From Octopus sinensis (taxonomy: Eukaryota), in assembly GCF_006345805.1 (NCBI RefSeq), contig NC_043022.1:11842001-11906000 (forward strand): DNA of 64,000 nucleotides, given 5' to 3'. This document shows positions 12,070-25,407 of this stretch, in pieces; the stretch's first letter is position 1, and each line of letters starts with the position of its first letter. The notes beneath the pieces were generated by a model that was given only the letters and a program-made list of their open reading frames with translations, was not told the origin of the DNA and made no database searches. The position numbers and the translations under genes are program-made.

Positions 12070-12241
12070 GGTTCAGCAAATTCTTGGCTGCTATTTCTAA
12101 AAGTTTGGTGTGTGGTAAAGCAAATTTTTTGCTGAACCCTAATTATATAAAGTAATGTTTTAAATATACCATAAATGTCTTTTTTACATACTGAACACTC
12201 CTTGGTAAAATTATTAATTACTAATTAATTAATTTTACCTT

Positions 12242-12245
<4 letters not shown>
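11865..12245 (+). mobile_element. Penelope-like hammerhead-bearing module plus TA-flanked fold-back module
   Basis: 11865-12015 is homologous to 40230-40390; 12087-12245 is the reverse complement of about 59560-59722. Confidence 0.55.
11881..11915 (+). ncRNA. Minimal type I hammerhead ribozyme motif (U4 to C variant)
   Basis: GTTT-CCGACGA-G-GAGC/tcc/GCTC-GAAA-CG-TT-AAAC. Confidence 0.6.
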
Positions 12246-12298
<53 letters not shown>

Positions 12299-12302
12299 CA
12301 TA

Positions 12303-12586
12303 CAAGCCAGTGCCGCCTCGACTGGCTTCCGTGGAGGTGGCACATAAAATGCACCAATCCGACCGTGGCCGATGCCAGCCTCGCCTGGCACCAGTGCAGG
12401 TGGCACGTAAAAAGCACCCACTACACTCTCGGAGTGGTTGGCGTTAGGAAGGGCATCCAGCTGTAGAAACTTTGCCAGATAACACCGGAGCCTGGTGCAG
12501 CCTTCTGGCTTCCCAGATCCCCGGTCGAACCGTCCAACCCATGCTAGCATGGAGAACGGATGTTAAACGATGATGATGATGATGAT
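12303..12586 (+). mobile_element. SINE family C, young copy with (GAT)n tail
   Basis: GGTTGGCGTTAGGAAGGGCATCCAGCTG core; ends GTTAAACGATGATGAT. Confidence 0.85.
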
Positions 12587-12589
12587 ACA

Positions 12590-12698
12590 TAGGGTTATTC
12601 AAAAAGAATGAACCAATTTCATTATGCAATATTTTAATAAGGAAAAGCAATAGAAAACTCCAGCTAAGTCACAAGTATTTACTCACTATCAACTTTTA
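12590..12698 (+). mobile_element. Solo TIR of the Tc1/mariner MITE at 20206
   Basis: Near-identical to 20206-20310. Confidence 0.85.
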
Positions 12699-12914
12699 TC
12701 AGAAGCATAATCTGATGGAGGTGAGGACAGAGTTTCAAATCCAGGCATTTGACCAGCTACATACTTATAAGTTAGCTTGAGCAAGACTAACCAAAGGATT
12801 ACAAAACACCAGTTCCACACTATTGATTACTATATATCAAATTGTGCAATGGGGTCTTTCAATATGGACAGCAATATGGAATACCAGGGATGTTGGTCAG
12901 GGTTTATTCATTTA

Positions 12915-13280
12915 TCTGTTTCAGTCATTAGACTGCAGCCATGCTGGAGCACCACTTAGAAAAGTTTAGTTGAACAAATTGACTCTGGTACATATTTTTT
13001 AAGCCTGTTACTTAATCTACTGGTCACCTTTCCTGAACAACTAAATTACAGGAATGTAAACAAACCAATACTGGTTGTCAAGGAATGGGGGGATGGGCAC
13101 AATAACACACACACACATGATGGGCTTCTACATAGTTTCCATTAATCAAATCCACTCATAAGGCATTGGTCAAGTCAGGACTATAGCAGAAGACACTTGC
13201 CCAAGGTGTCATGCAGTGGGATCGAACCTGAAATCACATGATAACAAAAGCAGACTCCTTAACCACACAGCCATACCTGC
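12915..13280 (-). mobile_element. SINE family A, old copy
   Basis: Diverged two-part layout. Confidence 0.7.
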
Positions 13281-13439
13281 GGCTATTTACAACCTTAAAA
13301 TGCTATTTTTCTCTAATTTAACCTGGTTGAACTCTCATGACTATGGCCATGCTGGAGCACCTACAGTGAGATTCAGAGCAGACTTCATCTCATGTGTACC
13401 GTTAATGAGAACCTTTTTTTTTTTTGTTCTCTACTTTGT

Positions 13440-13740
13440 GGTAAGAAGCTAACTTTACAACCAAATGGTTTGGGGGTTCAATCCCAATGCACAGCACCTT
13501 GGGCAAATGCCTTCTACCATGGCCTTAGGCTACACAATACTTTGTGAGTGAATTTGGTGGCTGGAAACTGTGCAGAAGCCTATTGTGTGTGTGTGTGTGC
13601 ATGCATGTCTGTGTTTGTCATCACTGCCACCACATGACAACTGCTGTTGGTTTGTTTATTGTCCTTGTAACTTAGCAGCTCAACAAAAGAGATCAACAGA
13701 ATCAGTACAGACTTAAAAGATAAGTATTGTAGCTGGCTAT
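13440..13740 (+). mobile_element. SINE family A, old copy
   Basis: Diverged head and 3' half. Confidence 0.65.
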
Positions 13741-14528
13741 ATACATATACACACACACATACACACACACACACACACATACATACATACATACATACAT
13801 ACATACATACATGTGTGTGTGTGCCTGTACACATGTATTTATGTACATATACATGTATGTATACATACATGTGTATGCATGTCTGTATGTATTTAAGTAT
13901 ATACGTATGCGAAGGTGCCGTTCATACGTAGAAGCAGAGAATATGCAAGACAACATCCGGCTAATTAGTAAAATGCTTAGTCACCAACAAACAACACCCG
14001 TTAATAAGATAGGTGTGCAAAGATAACCTGAGGCTAAACACCAACACCACCAACAACACCCACCACTTCACAGGAGATATGCTGTATCATCTCGTTGTAT
14101 CTCCGCTACTGCTACTACGATGGCTGCTGCTCTCCTGAACGTGTCCCTTGGTAGCTGATGATATGTGCATCTCTGATTATGAGCAGAAGTAGTGGGGGAG
14201 CATCATAGCCATGTGTTGAGAGGAATTCTTTGGGGTTTGAATAATTCACCTCTGGAAACATGGGTGTTTCGTTCAACATCCTTAAACAACCCTTATTCAG
14301 GGACCTTTTGAGTGGGATGGGTTACTCGACCAGAAGAAAATTCTAACTGGGCCCCACCTGCAAGGTCATGTGCTGTTTATCTTGATATGAGACCACCATG
14401 TCATACACATATGGTTGTGATGCATGTGCCTGGTGTGCCCTTATCAGACGAGTAGTCATGATGGGTATACTGGACTTTGTATATTTTACCCCAATGTCAC
14501 TTTGATGGCATGCACTGCTCTCTCACTC

Positions 14529-14566
<38 letters not shown>

Positions 14567-14568
<2 letters not shown>

Positions 14569-14717
14569 TCATCATCATCGTTTAACTTCCGTTTTCCGCG
14601 CTAGCACGGGTTGGACGGTTCGACCAGGGTCTGGGAAGCCAGGGCTGCACCAGGCTCCAGTCTGATCTGGCAGTGTTTCTACAGCTGGATGCCCTTCCTA
14701 ACGCCAACCACTCCGAT
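14567..14717 (-). mobile_element. SINE family C, 5'-truncated
   Basis: (CAT)n tail and GGATGCCCTTCCTAACGCCAACC core on the plus strand. Confidence 0.85.
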
Positions 14718-15217
14718 AGTTTAAAATTTTGGCAAGAGGCCAGCAAGTCTGGCAGAGGGGGGTTAGTTGATTACATTGACCCTAGGGTTCAACTGGTACT
14801 TGTTTTATTGACCCACAAAGAAATGCAAAGCAAAGTTGACTTTGACAGAATTTGAAATTAGAAGGTAAAGAGGGGGCGAAGTGGCACTCAGCATTATGTC
14901 TGGTGTGCTAACGATTCTACCAGCTTGCCACCTTATCACCACCGTTAATATTAGCACTACCACTACCAGCACTACCACCACCACCACCATCAACAACAAA
15001 CACATACAGGCAGTGTGATAGCTGATGCAGTAACAACAACAACAGCAGCAGTGACAACAACATTAACATCGGTGGTGGTGGTGTTGATGGTGGTGGTGGT
15101 GGTGATAGCGGCGGTGGTGGTAATAGGAAATGAAGTAATCGGAAGAGAGGAAGAAGGTAGATGAGAGTATTTGAAAGGAGTTGTGTCGGTACTCCAGGGA
15201 AAATGTTATATTTGTGT

Positions 15218-16248
15218 GTGTGTGTATATATATCTATGTATGTATGTATGTATATATATATATATATCTATGTATATGTATATTATATATAATATATGTA
15301 TGTATATATATATATATGTATGTATATATATATATATATCTATGTATGTATATATATATATATATCTATGTATGTATATATATATATATATGTATGTATA
15401 TATATATATATATCTATGTATGTATATATATATATATATCTATGTATGTATATATATATATATATCTATGTATGTATGTATATATATATATATATCTATG
15501 TATGTATATATATATATATATCTATGTATGCATATATATATATATCTATGTATGCATATATATATATATATCTATGTATGCATATATATATATATCTATG
15601 TATGCATATATATATATCTATGTATGTATATATATATATATCTATGTATGTATATATATATATATCTATGTAGTATATTATATTATATATGTATGTATAT
15701 ATATATATATCTATGTATGTATATATATATATATCTATGTATGTATATATATATATATCTATGTATGTATATATATATATATCTATGTATGTATATATAT
15801 ATATATCTATGTATGTATATATATATATATCTATGTATGTATATATATATATATCTATGTATGTATATAATATATATCTATGTATGTATATATATATATC
15901 TATGTATGTATATATATATATATCTATGTATGTATATAATATATATCTATGTATGTATAATATATATCTATGTATGTATATATATATATATCTATGTATG
16001 TATGTTATATAATATATATATGTATGTATGTATATATATATATCTATGTATGTATGTATATATATATATATATGTATGTATGTATATATATATATCTATG
16101 TATGTATATATATATATATCTATGTATGTATATATATATATATCTATGTATGTATATATATATATATCTATGTATGTATATATATATATCTATGTATGTA
16201 TATATATATATCTATGTATGTATATATAATATTATATTATATCTCTAT

Positions 16249-16279
<31 letters not shown>

Positions 16280-16321
16280 GTATGATATATATTATATATA
16301 GTATATATATATATATCTATG

Positions 16322-16362
<41 letters not shown>

Positions 16363-17139
16363 ATGTATGTATAGATATATATATATATATATATATATAT
16401 ATCTATGTATGTATATATATATATAGATATATATATATATATATATATATCTATGTATGTATATATATATATATATATATATCTATCTATAATATATCTA
16501 TATATATATATATCTATGTATGTATATATATATATATCTATATATATACTATATATACTATATATTATTATATACATATTATATTATGTCTGTATATATA
16601 TATTCTATCTATGTATATATATTATATATATATATATATATACATCTTATATATGTATGTATATAATATATATCTATGTATATTATATATATATTATATA
16701 TAATATATTATCTATGTATGTATATATATTATATATATCTATTATGTGTATATATATATAATATATATATATCTATGTATGTATATATATATATATATAT
16801 ATATATCTATGTATGTATATATATATATATTATATCTATGTAGTATATATATATATATATATATATCTATGTATGTTATATATATATATATATATATCTA
16901 TGTATGTATATCTATATATATATATATATTCTATATATATATAATATTATATATATATATATGTATGTATATATATATATATATATATATATCTATGTAT
17001 GTATATATATATATATATATATATATCTATATATTATCTAGTAGTATATATATTATATATATATATATATATATTATATATCTATGTATGTATAATAATA
17101 TATTATATATATCTATGTATATATATATATATATATATA

Positions 17140-17180
<41 letters not shown>

Positions 17181-17320
17181 ATATATATATATATATATAT
17201 ATCTATGTATGTCTATATATATATATATATATATAATATATATATATCTATATATATATCTAGCTATATATAATATATTATTATGTATGTATATATATAT
17301 ATATATTATATCTATGTATG

Positions 17321-17351
<31 letters not shown>

Positions 17352-17415
17352 GTTTTAATATGTATGTATGTATGTATATATATGTGTGTGTGTATGTATG
17401 TATGTGTATATATAG
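15218..17415. repeat. About 2.2-kb (TA)n-based satellite with TCTATGTATG spacers
   Basis: Direct inspection; source of the poly-YI/MY ORFs. Confidence 0.95.
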
Positions 17416-17778
17416 ATATATATATATATATACATACACACACATGGCGGTGTAATGACTGACAGGAAGTTGCACAGGATGTATATTATGTGCATGTGTG
17501 TGTAGACAGTAAAGACACTATATACACACAAAGGTACACATGTTTATAGGTGTATATACACAAATGTAGACATTTTATACACAAACACACACATCATAAT
17601 CACTATCATCACCATCATTATTTCGGTGAGAAACAATTTTGGTGGTTTGATGATTAGCAGAAGCGGTTGAGCATCAGACAAAAGTGTCTTGTGATATTTC
17701 ATTCTGTCTCTTTAAGTTTTGAGTTCAAATCTTGCCTGTGTCTACTTTGGTTGCTATCATTCAGGGATTGATAAAATA

Positions 17779-18109
17779 GTAAAAAAGAAGAAAACAAAAA
17801 AACAATCAACACAGAGACCAGCATGGTTGAGTGGTTAAGAAGCTTGATTTACAATCATGCAGTTTCAGGTTCAGTCCCACAGCATGGCATTTAGTGTTCC
17901 ACTATAGCCCTGGGTCGACAAATGTGTTGTAAATGGCTAAGGACATTGTAGCCATTTACAACAAATTTGTTGACCCAGGGCTATAGTGGAAGACTAAATG
18001 CCATGCAGTGGGACTGAACCTGAGACCGCATGATTGTAAATCAAGCTTCTTAACCACTCAACCATGCTGGTATCTGTGTTGATTGTTTTTTTGTTTTCTT
18101 CTTTTTTAC
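17779..18109. repeat. 331-bp inverted duplication (161-bp arms, 9-bp spacer)
   Basis: 17779-17939 versus reverse complement of 17949-18109: 7 mismatches counted by eye. Confidence 0.95.
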
Positions 18110-18717
18110 AAAGGTCAATTTGCATCACCAGTCTGGAACCCCTACCTTGCTCAGGACATTGACCTCCTGGAAACTGTTCAGAGATGTGTAACCAAGCGAA
18201 TACCCTCCATCTGGAATCTACCCTACTCTGAAAGCCTTGCTTCCCTGGGCAGAGAAACATTGAAACTCCGACATCTGGCAACTGACTTAGTAATAACCCA
18301 CAAAATTATTAACCATCGTGCCAACAACCACCTTGAACACCTTTTTAAGCTCCATGTGTCTAACATGTAGGCATGCCTACAAAGTCAGAAAACAGCACAG
18401 CTCCCATGACTTTCGGAGACATTTTTTCACACTCTGAGTTGCTGAAGCATGGAACAAACTACCTGCATCAGTTGTTAGTTGCCAAGACATTGCATCCTTT
18501 AAAACCTCCATGTTTCCTGAAATTCGCCAACACTACAGCTGATATCCGTCCCCCTCCATACACATTCACACATGTATATCATGACTCATACACTGTTCAC
18601 TTCCCAGACATTTGTACATAATTCTATGTAGTGTACACGCACCTTTGATGAGTTGTGGTGCACCTGAGCACAATACACAATAATTTCACAATCATTATTA
18701 TTATTATTATTATTATT
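18110..18717 (+). mobile_element. 5'-truncated CR1 LINE with (ATT)n tail
   Basis: FASPVWNPYLAQDIDLLETVQRCVTKRIP..YSESLASLG..LKLR is the CR1 ORF2 C-terminus. Confidence 0.9.
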
Positions 18718-19424
18718 TTTTAACTGAATTTGGTAGATGGAAATTGTGTGGAAGCCATGTACATGTGTGTGTGTGTGTGTGGTGTTTTTGCTTGCCAATG
18801 TAATCATCTATATAGTTGAAAGTGGTAAATGCTGCAGCATGGCCATAACAAAAGAGGAAAATAGAAGAGATAGATAACTACATATATACATACATAAACA
18901 CACACAACTCATACTTAGTCACACAGATTCACACATACACTCATAGTCACACACACATAAATATACAGTCACACACACATACATATAAACAGCTACATAC
19001 ATACATATATAGTATACATATATATATATATATATATAATATATATACACACCAGCATAATCCCATATATTCACATAACTCCATATGTGACACAGTCACA
19101 TACGTATATTATATTTTTTAAATATACACACAAACACACTCATAGTCACATATACATACTCACACACACATAAACACTTACAGACGGCACACACAGTCAC
19201 ATACACACACACACACACACATATATATACAGGTATTGTACACCTGCCATGTATTGAGGATTCAAACTGTGTGTCATAACAATAACCCCACCCAACTGTC
19301 ATCTCCACCACCACCACCACCATGCTACCACAGCAACGCTACACCATTGCCACCACTGCTGCTTATTGTCCTTCATTAATCATACTGTGTCTGTATCAAT
19401 GGAAGACTGCAGTTTGAGGTGGGT

Positions 19425-19750
19425 GTCTGCCTTTGTTACTACCGGCTCTTTGTCGGTTACAATGACAAGGGTTCCAGTTGAGCCGTTCGACAGAACAGCC
19501 TGCTCATGAAATTAACTGGCTGAGTACTCCACAGACACATGTACTTTTAACGCAGTTCTCGGGGAGATCCAGTGTGATACACAGTGAGACAAGGCCGGCC
19601 CTTTTTGAATTAAGGGTATACCTCACTTTTGCCAGCTGAGTGGAGTGGAACAACATGAAATGAAGTATTTGCTCACGGACACAACAGATCCCCAGGTATT
19701 GAACTCATAACCTTACAACTGTAAAGCATACACACTACCCACTAGGCCAC
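19425..19750 (-). mobile_element. SINE family D, old copy
   Basis: Diverged match to 51447-51832. Confidence 0.7.
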
Positions 19751-20010
19751 ACTACAACAACTCAACACCATCACAACACTACAACTGCACAGCATTATTA
19801 CAATACTAAACCAAACCTAAAGCAAAGAGCTGACAGAATTGTTAACATGCTGGGCAAAATGCTTGACAGCAGTTCATTCATCTTTACATTCTGAGTTCAA
19901 ACTCTGCTGAGGTCCACTTTGCCTTTCCTCTTTTCAGGATCAATACAATAAATGCCAGTTGAGCATTTATGAGGTTGGTGATGATGATAATTATGATGAA
20001 AACTACAGGC

Positions 20011-20172
20011 ATAGGAGTGGCTGTGTAGTAAGTAGCTTGCTTACCAACCACATGGTTCCGGGTTCAGTCCAACTGCGTGGCACCTTGGGCAAGTGTCTTC
20101 TACTATAGCCTCAAGCCGACCAAAGCCTTGTGAGTGGATTTGGTAGAAGGAAACTGAAAGAAGCCCATCGTA
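20011..20172 (+). mobile_element. SINE family A, head half
   Basis: A/B boxes; ends at the microsatellite where the MITE sits. Confidence 0.85.
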
Positions 20173-20205
20173 TATATTGTGTGTGTGTGTGTGTATACAT
20201 ATATA

Positions 20206-20738
20206 CAGGGTTATTCAAAAAGAATGAACCAATTTCATTACGCAATATTCTAATAAGGAAAAGCAATAGAAAACTCCAGCTAAGTCCCAAGTATTTACTC
20301 ACAATCAACTTTTATTTCCTGTCTTGCAAAGTGTTCAATGTGGCCACCACCTGCTGTACAGAGAGAATTCCTCCCAGACGTGTATCACCATATCATGATC
20401 CACTGAGTACTTCTTTGGCTGTCTGGTTGAATGCTTTATCAAAGTTTTACCATTTCCTTTCTACGTCAATATCTTCTGGAATCACCTCAAGCAAAGCAAA
20501 TTTATTTGTTAGTTCCATAATGAACTTGCTTTTGATATGCTGATACGTGGCTAGGAAGAATCCTCTTATTGCATTGATGTTGCCCATGCTGAAGGTGGTG
20601 GCCACATTGAACACTTGTAAGACAAGAAATAAAAGATGACTGTGAGTAAATACTTGTGACTTAGCTGGAGTTTTCTATTGCTTTTCCTTATTAAAATATT
20701 GCAAAATGAAATCAGTTCATTCTTTTTGAATAACCCCA
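20206..20738. mobile_element. Non-autonomous Tc1/mariner element with about 140-bp TIRs and TA flanks
   Basis: Long TIRs starting CAGGGTTATTCAAAAAG; the right arm encodes AEGGGHIEHL*, resembling the GGHxE C-terminus of maT/rosa-type transposases. Confidence 0.85.
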
Positions 20739-21417
20739 TATATATTAACTAAAGGTGGCCAACAATGATTGCAAATTTCTTGGCTATAATAGAAAAGAAC
20801 TGAGTATTTTTTGGTTCCTTCATAAAACTACTTGTGCAAGTGTGTGCAAGAGCATTTATCAGTACGTGTATTTGTGTATATGTACACGTTTAATCAAGAG
20901 ACACTATGAAATTTTTCATTCTTTTCTACTTCACTCATAAACAAAATACCTCACGATTGACTACATTATAACTGCCGCGTACAGACCTCCCACACAACAA
21001 GAACAACAGAGACAACAATAGCAGTTGTGACAACTACCACTGCATAATCTGTATAATATAACAATGTGAGCCAAAATGAGTTTCTTAATGTCAAGCATGG
21101 GCAGCCCTTTTCAAGAATTGACCCACATGAGACATGACACATTATCATGTAGGGTGCATGATTAATAAAAATTTTAATAAATGTTATTTTCCTCGTGAAA
21201 TTAGGTGTGTCAATCAAAAAGTCCCACAATGGCTTGTCAATGCTTGATGTACACTTTCACTTGATCTGCTAGTAATAATAGTCAAATCTTACTCAAACTG
21301 TAAACCACCGTCTTTTGAACAACACATTGGATGATGTATTTCAGAGTCCATGGGTAAACCATGGTCAAGAAAGAAATAAAAATAGGGGGTGATGGGCATG
21401 GCAAGAATGGCATTAAT

Positions 21418-21651
21418 AAGGCGGCAAACTTGCAGAAACGTTAGCACGCCGGGAGAAATACTTAGAGGTACTTCGTCTGCCATTACGTTCTGAGTTCAAA
21501 TTCAGCCGAGGTCGACTTTGCCTTTCATCCTTTCTAAGTCGATGAATTAAGTACCAGTTACGCACTGGGGTCGATGTAATCGACTTAATCCCTTTGTCCG
21601 TCCTTGTTTGTCCCCCTCTATGTTTAGCCCCTTTGTGGGCAATAAAGAAAT
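21418..21651 (+). mobile_element. SINE family B with 15-bp TSD
   Basis: AAGAATGGCATTAAT at 21403-21417 and 21652-21666. Confidence 0.9.
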
Positions 21652-21799
21652 AAGAATGGCATTAATTGTAAGACCTTTGCTCAAACTGAGTTGACTTGTG
21701 GCTACACAGCAACACCACTACTACTACAACCCATACAACACCTCTACAGAATCATTACTACCACCATCACAATGCCCATGCAACACCACCACTACCATA

Positions 21800-22107
21800 C
21801 TACCACCAACACAACACTGCTACTATACAACCACTGACAACACAACTACACCACCACTCATACTACCACCAACACAACACTCTACTATACAACCACTGAC
21901 AACACAACTACACCACCACTCACACTACCACCAACACAACACTCTACTATACAACCACTGACAACACAACTACACCACCACTCATACTACCACCAACACA
22001 ACACTCTACTATACAACCACTGACAACACAACTACACCACCACAACATTCTACTATACAACCACTGACAACACAACTACACCACCACTCATACTACTACC
22101 AACACCA
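21800..22107. repeat. 62-bp ACT-rich minisatellite (about 5 units)
   Basis: CTACTATACAACCACTGACAACACAAC recurs at a 62-bp period. Confidence 0.9.
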
Positions 22108-22661
22108 CTGTGCCGGGTACTTGTACTTCCAGTGGTACTTCTACATTATCGATTCTGTACTTACCACCGAGGTACCCCCAAGTTGTATGTAGTAAAAAGA
22201 AGTAGTGGTGGCAGGTACTGGCATTGTAACAGTGGTAGGGTAGAATAGGGTGGAAGGGATGGTAGAACAGGGTGGAAGGGAGGGTAGCTGAGGTGCTTTT
22301 GACAAGAGCAGGTTGACATGACATTTAAATTTCACACACACATATATATATAAAGAAAGTAAGTGAGAGAGATGGATTGACAGAAAGAGTAGACACACAC
22401 CCCACAAGACTAACACAAGAGAACACATTTTAGTAAGACACACACACACACACACAATTAAACAGAGACACCAACTATTATTCTTATTATCATCTTTAAA
22501 TATGACATAAAAATGACACACCAACTGACAGGCAAGTCCAACAGTCACAAGAAATACAAAGACACCCCCATGTTAAGAATGCTTTCAGGAACATAAATTA
22601 CAAAGTTCAATTTGATACGTGTGTGTATATGTGTCTATTTATATACATATAAACACACATA

Positions 22662-22870
22662 CGCCAGCTCTGTCTGGCACCAGTGCGGGTGGCACGTAAA
22701 AAGCACCCACTACACTCACGGAGTGGTTGGCGTTAGGAAGGGCATCCAGCCGTAGAAACACTGCCAGATTTGACTGGGCCTGATGAAGCCTTCTGGCTTC
22801 ACAGACCCCAGTAGAACCGTCCAACCCATGCTAGCATGGAAAACGGACGCTAAATGATGATGATGATGAT
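22662..22870 (+). mobile_element. SINE family C
   Basis: Core plus (GAT)n tail. Confidence 0.85.
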
Positions 22871-22987
22871 ATATATAGATAGATAGATAGATAAAAAAAA
22901 TGGAAGACAGACAAGCAAAGTATTTGGTGTTACTCAAGGATATCGATGGACAAACTCTGCATTTTCTACATTATATATATATATATA

Positions 22988-23375
22988 TACTCTTTTACTC
23001 TTTTAATTGTTTCAGTCATTTGACTGCGGCCATGCTGGAGCACCGCCTTTAATCGAGCAACTCAACCCCGGGACTTATTCTTTTGTAAGCCCAGTACTTA
23101 TTCTATCGGTCTCTTTTGCCGAACCGCTAAGTAACAGGGACGTAAACATACCAGCATCGGTTGTCAAGCAATGCTAGCGGGACAAACACAGACACACAAA
23201 CGCATATATATATATATATATATACGACGGGCTTCTTTTCAGTTTCCGTCTACCAAATCCACTCACAAGGTTTTCGTCGGCCCGAGGCTATAGCAGAAGA
23301 CACTTGCCCAAGATGCCACGCAGTGGGACTGAACCCGGAACCATGTGGTTGGTAAACAAGCTACTTACCACACAG

Positions 23376-23378
<3 letters not shown>
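22988..23378 (-). mobile_element. SINE family A, full length, in (TA)n
   Basis: Family match. Confidence 0.9.
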
Positions 23379-23442
<64 letters not shown>

Positions 23443-23997
23443 GGGTTTCAAAAGCTTTGACATGATTTTTTACAATGAACCACTGCTATGGCCCTCAACT
23501 AAGAAAGCCTATTGCTCAACGTTACGCATTTGAACTTGCAAAAAGTATGGAACTTGAGTTCTTTTGCTGTCTTTCTTCAAAATAAAAAATGTAACGATGT
23601 AACGACTAAACGTTTGGCAACTGGTTTTTTTAAGGTAGCATTACATTGGACCCTGGCAAAGAAAGGGTAAGTGCTTCATTTACTGGGCCAAAAAATGTGT
23701 CAAAAGGGTAGCTAGAGGTGCAAAACGTGTTGGTGCGTGAGCCCTTTTGCTCTCTCCCTCTAAAATAACACATTAACGTGTAAAACAGAGCAATTAAGGC
23801 GTGAACAAAAGTTCAGCAACACATGTGCGCATAAGGTCACTTTATGTCTATGCCTCCTATCATGCGTGCAGGTCACAGGGGTAACTTCTTCACTATGACC
23901 TAGCTCTGACCTTATGGAGTATGTGTATAAAATTTGAGGTCAATGTTAGTAACAGGAAGGACATCCAAATATCTACAGAAAATCTACCTCAACATAT

Positions 23998-24207
23998 TTA
24001 CTCTTTTACTTGTTTCAGTCATTTGACTGTGGCCATGCTGGAGCACCGCCTTTAGTCGAGCAAATCGACCCCAGGACTTATTCTTTTTACGCCAAGTACT
24101 TATTCTATCGGTCTCTTTTGCCAAACCGCTAAGTTACGGGGACATTAACACACCAGCATCGGTTGTCACGCGATGTTGTGGGGACAAACACAGACACACA
24201 AACATAT

Positions 24208-24261
<54 letters not shown>

Positions 24262-24284
24262 CACACACACACACACACACATAC

Positions 24285-24321
<37 letters not shown>

Positions 24322-24475
24322 ACGGGCTTCTTTCAGCTTCCGTCTACCAAATCCACTCACAAGGCTTTGGTCGACCCGAGGCTATAGTAGAAGACACTTG
24401 CCCAAGGTGCCACGTAGTGGGACTGAACCTGGAACCATGTGGTTGGTAAACAAGCTACTTACCACACAGCCACTC
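23998..24475 (-). mobile_element. SINE family A with expanded (CA)n linker
   Basis: Family match. Confidence 0.9.
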
Positions 24476-25002
24476 GTTTCTTTCACTGTGTTTTTTAATT
24501 ATACACATCGTTATTGTTTTAATGTCCACTTTTCTATACTTACAAGGGTCAAATGGAATTCACTGCGGCAGACCTTTTTCTATGGCTAGATGCCCTTCCT
24601 GTTGCAAACCCTCGCATGTTTCCAAGCAAGGCAATCTTTCTCCATGGAACCAACTAATTAATCAATCATTTGCTTAATTTGTTGGTTTAACAATCAATTA
24701 GTTATTTGTCAAAGTCCTCTCATCATTATTCATGACCTCATCAATAACATGTCCTGTCTCCTCCAAGTCTATTTTGACTATCTACCGATCAATCAATCAA
24801 TCAATCAATCGATAGATATGTATACACTTACAACGGGCTTCTTTTGGTTTCCATCTACCAAATCACCTCACAAAGCATTACTCAGCCTGGGGTTATAGTA
24901 AAAAAAAACCCACTTTCCCAAGGTGCTGTATAGTGGGACTGAACCCAAGAACACATTGTTGGGAAAGCAAGCTTCTTAACCATGCAGCCACACCAAGGCA
25001 GT

Positions 25003-25407
25003 ACTCTTTTTTTTACTCTTTTTACTTGTTTCAGTCATTTGACTGTGGCCATGCTGGAGCACCGCCTTTAGTCGAGGAAATCGACCCCGGGACTTATTCT
25101 TTGTAAGCCCAGTACTTATTCTATCGGTCTCTTTTGCCGAACCGCAAAGTGACGGGGACATAAACACACCAGCATCGGTTGTCAAGCGATGCTAGGGAGA
25201 CAAATACAGACACACACATACATATATATATATCCATATATACGACAGGCTTCTTTCAGTTTCCGTCTACCAAATCCACTCACAAGGCATTGGTCGGCCC
25301 GAGGCTATAGCAGAAGACACTTGCCCAGGGTGCCACGCAGTGGGACTGAACCCGGAACCATGTGGTTGGTTAGCAAGCTACTTACCACACAGCCACTCCT
25401 GCGCCTA
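25003..25407 (-). mobile_element. SINE family A, full length
   Basis: Family match; an older head lies at 24830-24995. Confidence 0.9.

Noticed and set aside
14150-14566. Segment ending in (AAT)n as a Dong/R4 terminus
   Set aside because: Looks like an interspersed repeat, but it is single-copy in the window with no coding motif, so class and orientation are unsupported.
15171-17273. Long ORFs (up to 352 aa) of YI/MY/CV repeats, also at 57960-58750, 27643-28169 and 7692-8387
   Set aside because: Translations of stop-free microsatellites; no real coding complexity.
21800-22107. CRISPR-like regular spacing here and at 55775-56300
   Set aside because: Whole units repeat, there are no unique spacers or cas genes, and the context is eukaryotic.
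22781-22805. CTGATGAAGCC-ttct-GGC as a hammerhead
   Set aside because: Variant of the SINE C body; lacks GAAA and a cleavage site.
23636-23667. Plus-strand 32-nt microexon (SITLDPGKER, gtaagt donor)
   Set aside because: Splice motifs alone are common at this scale and no partner exon was found.
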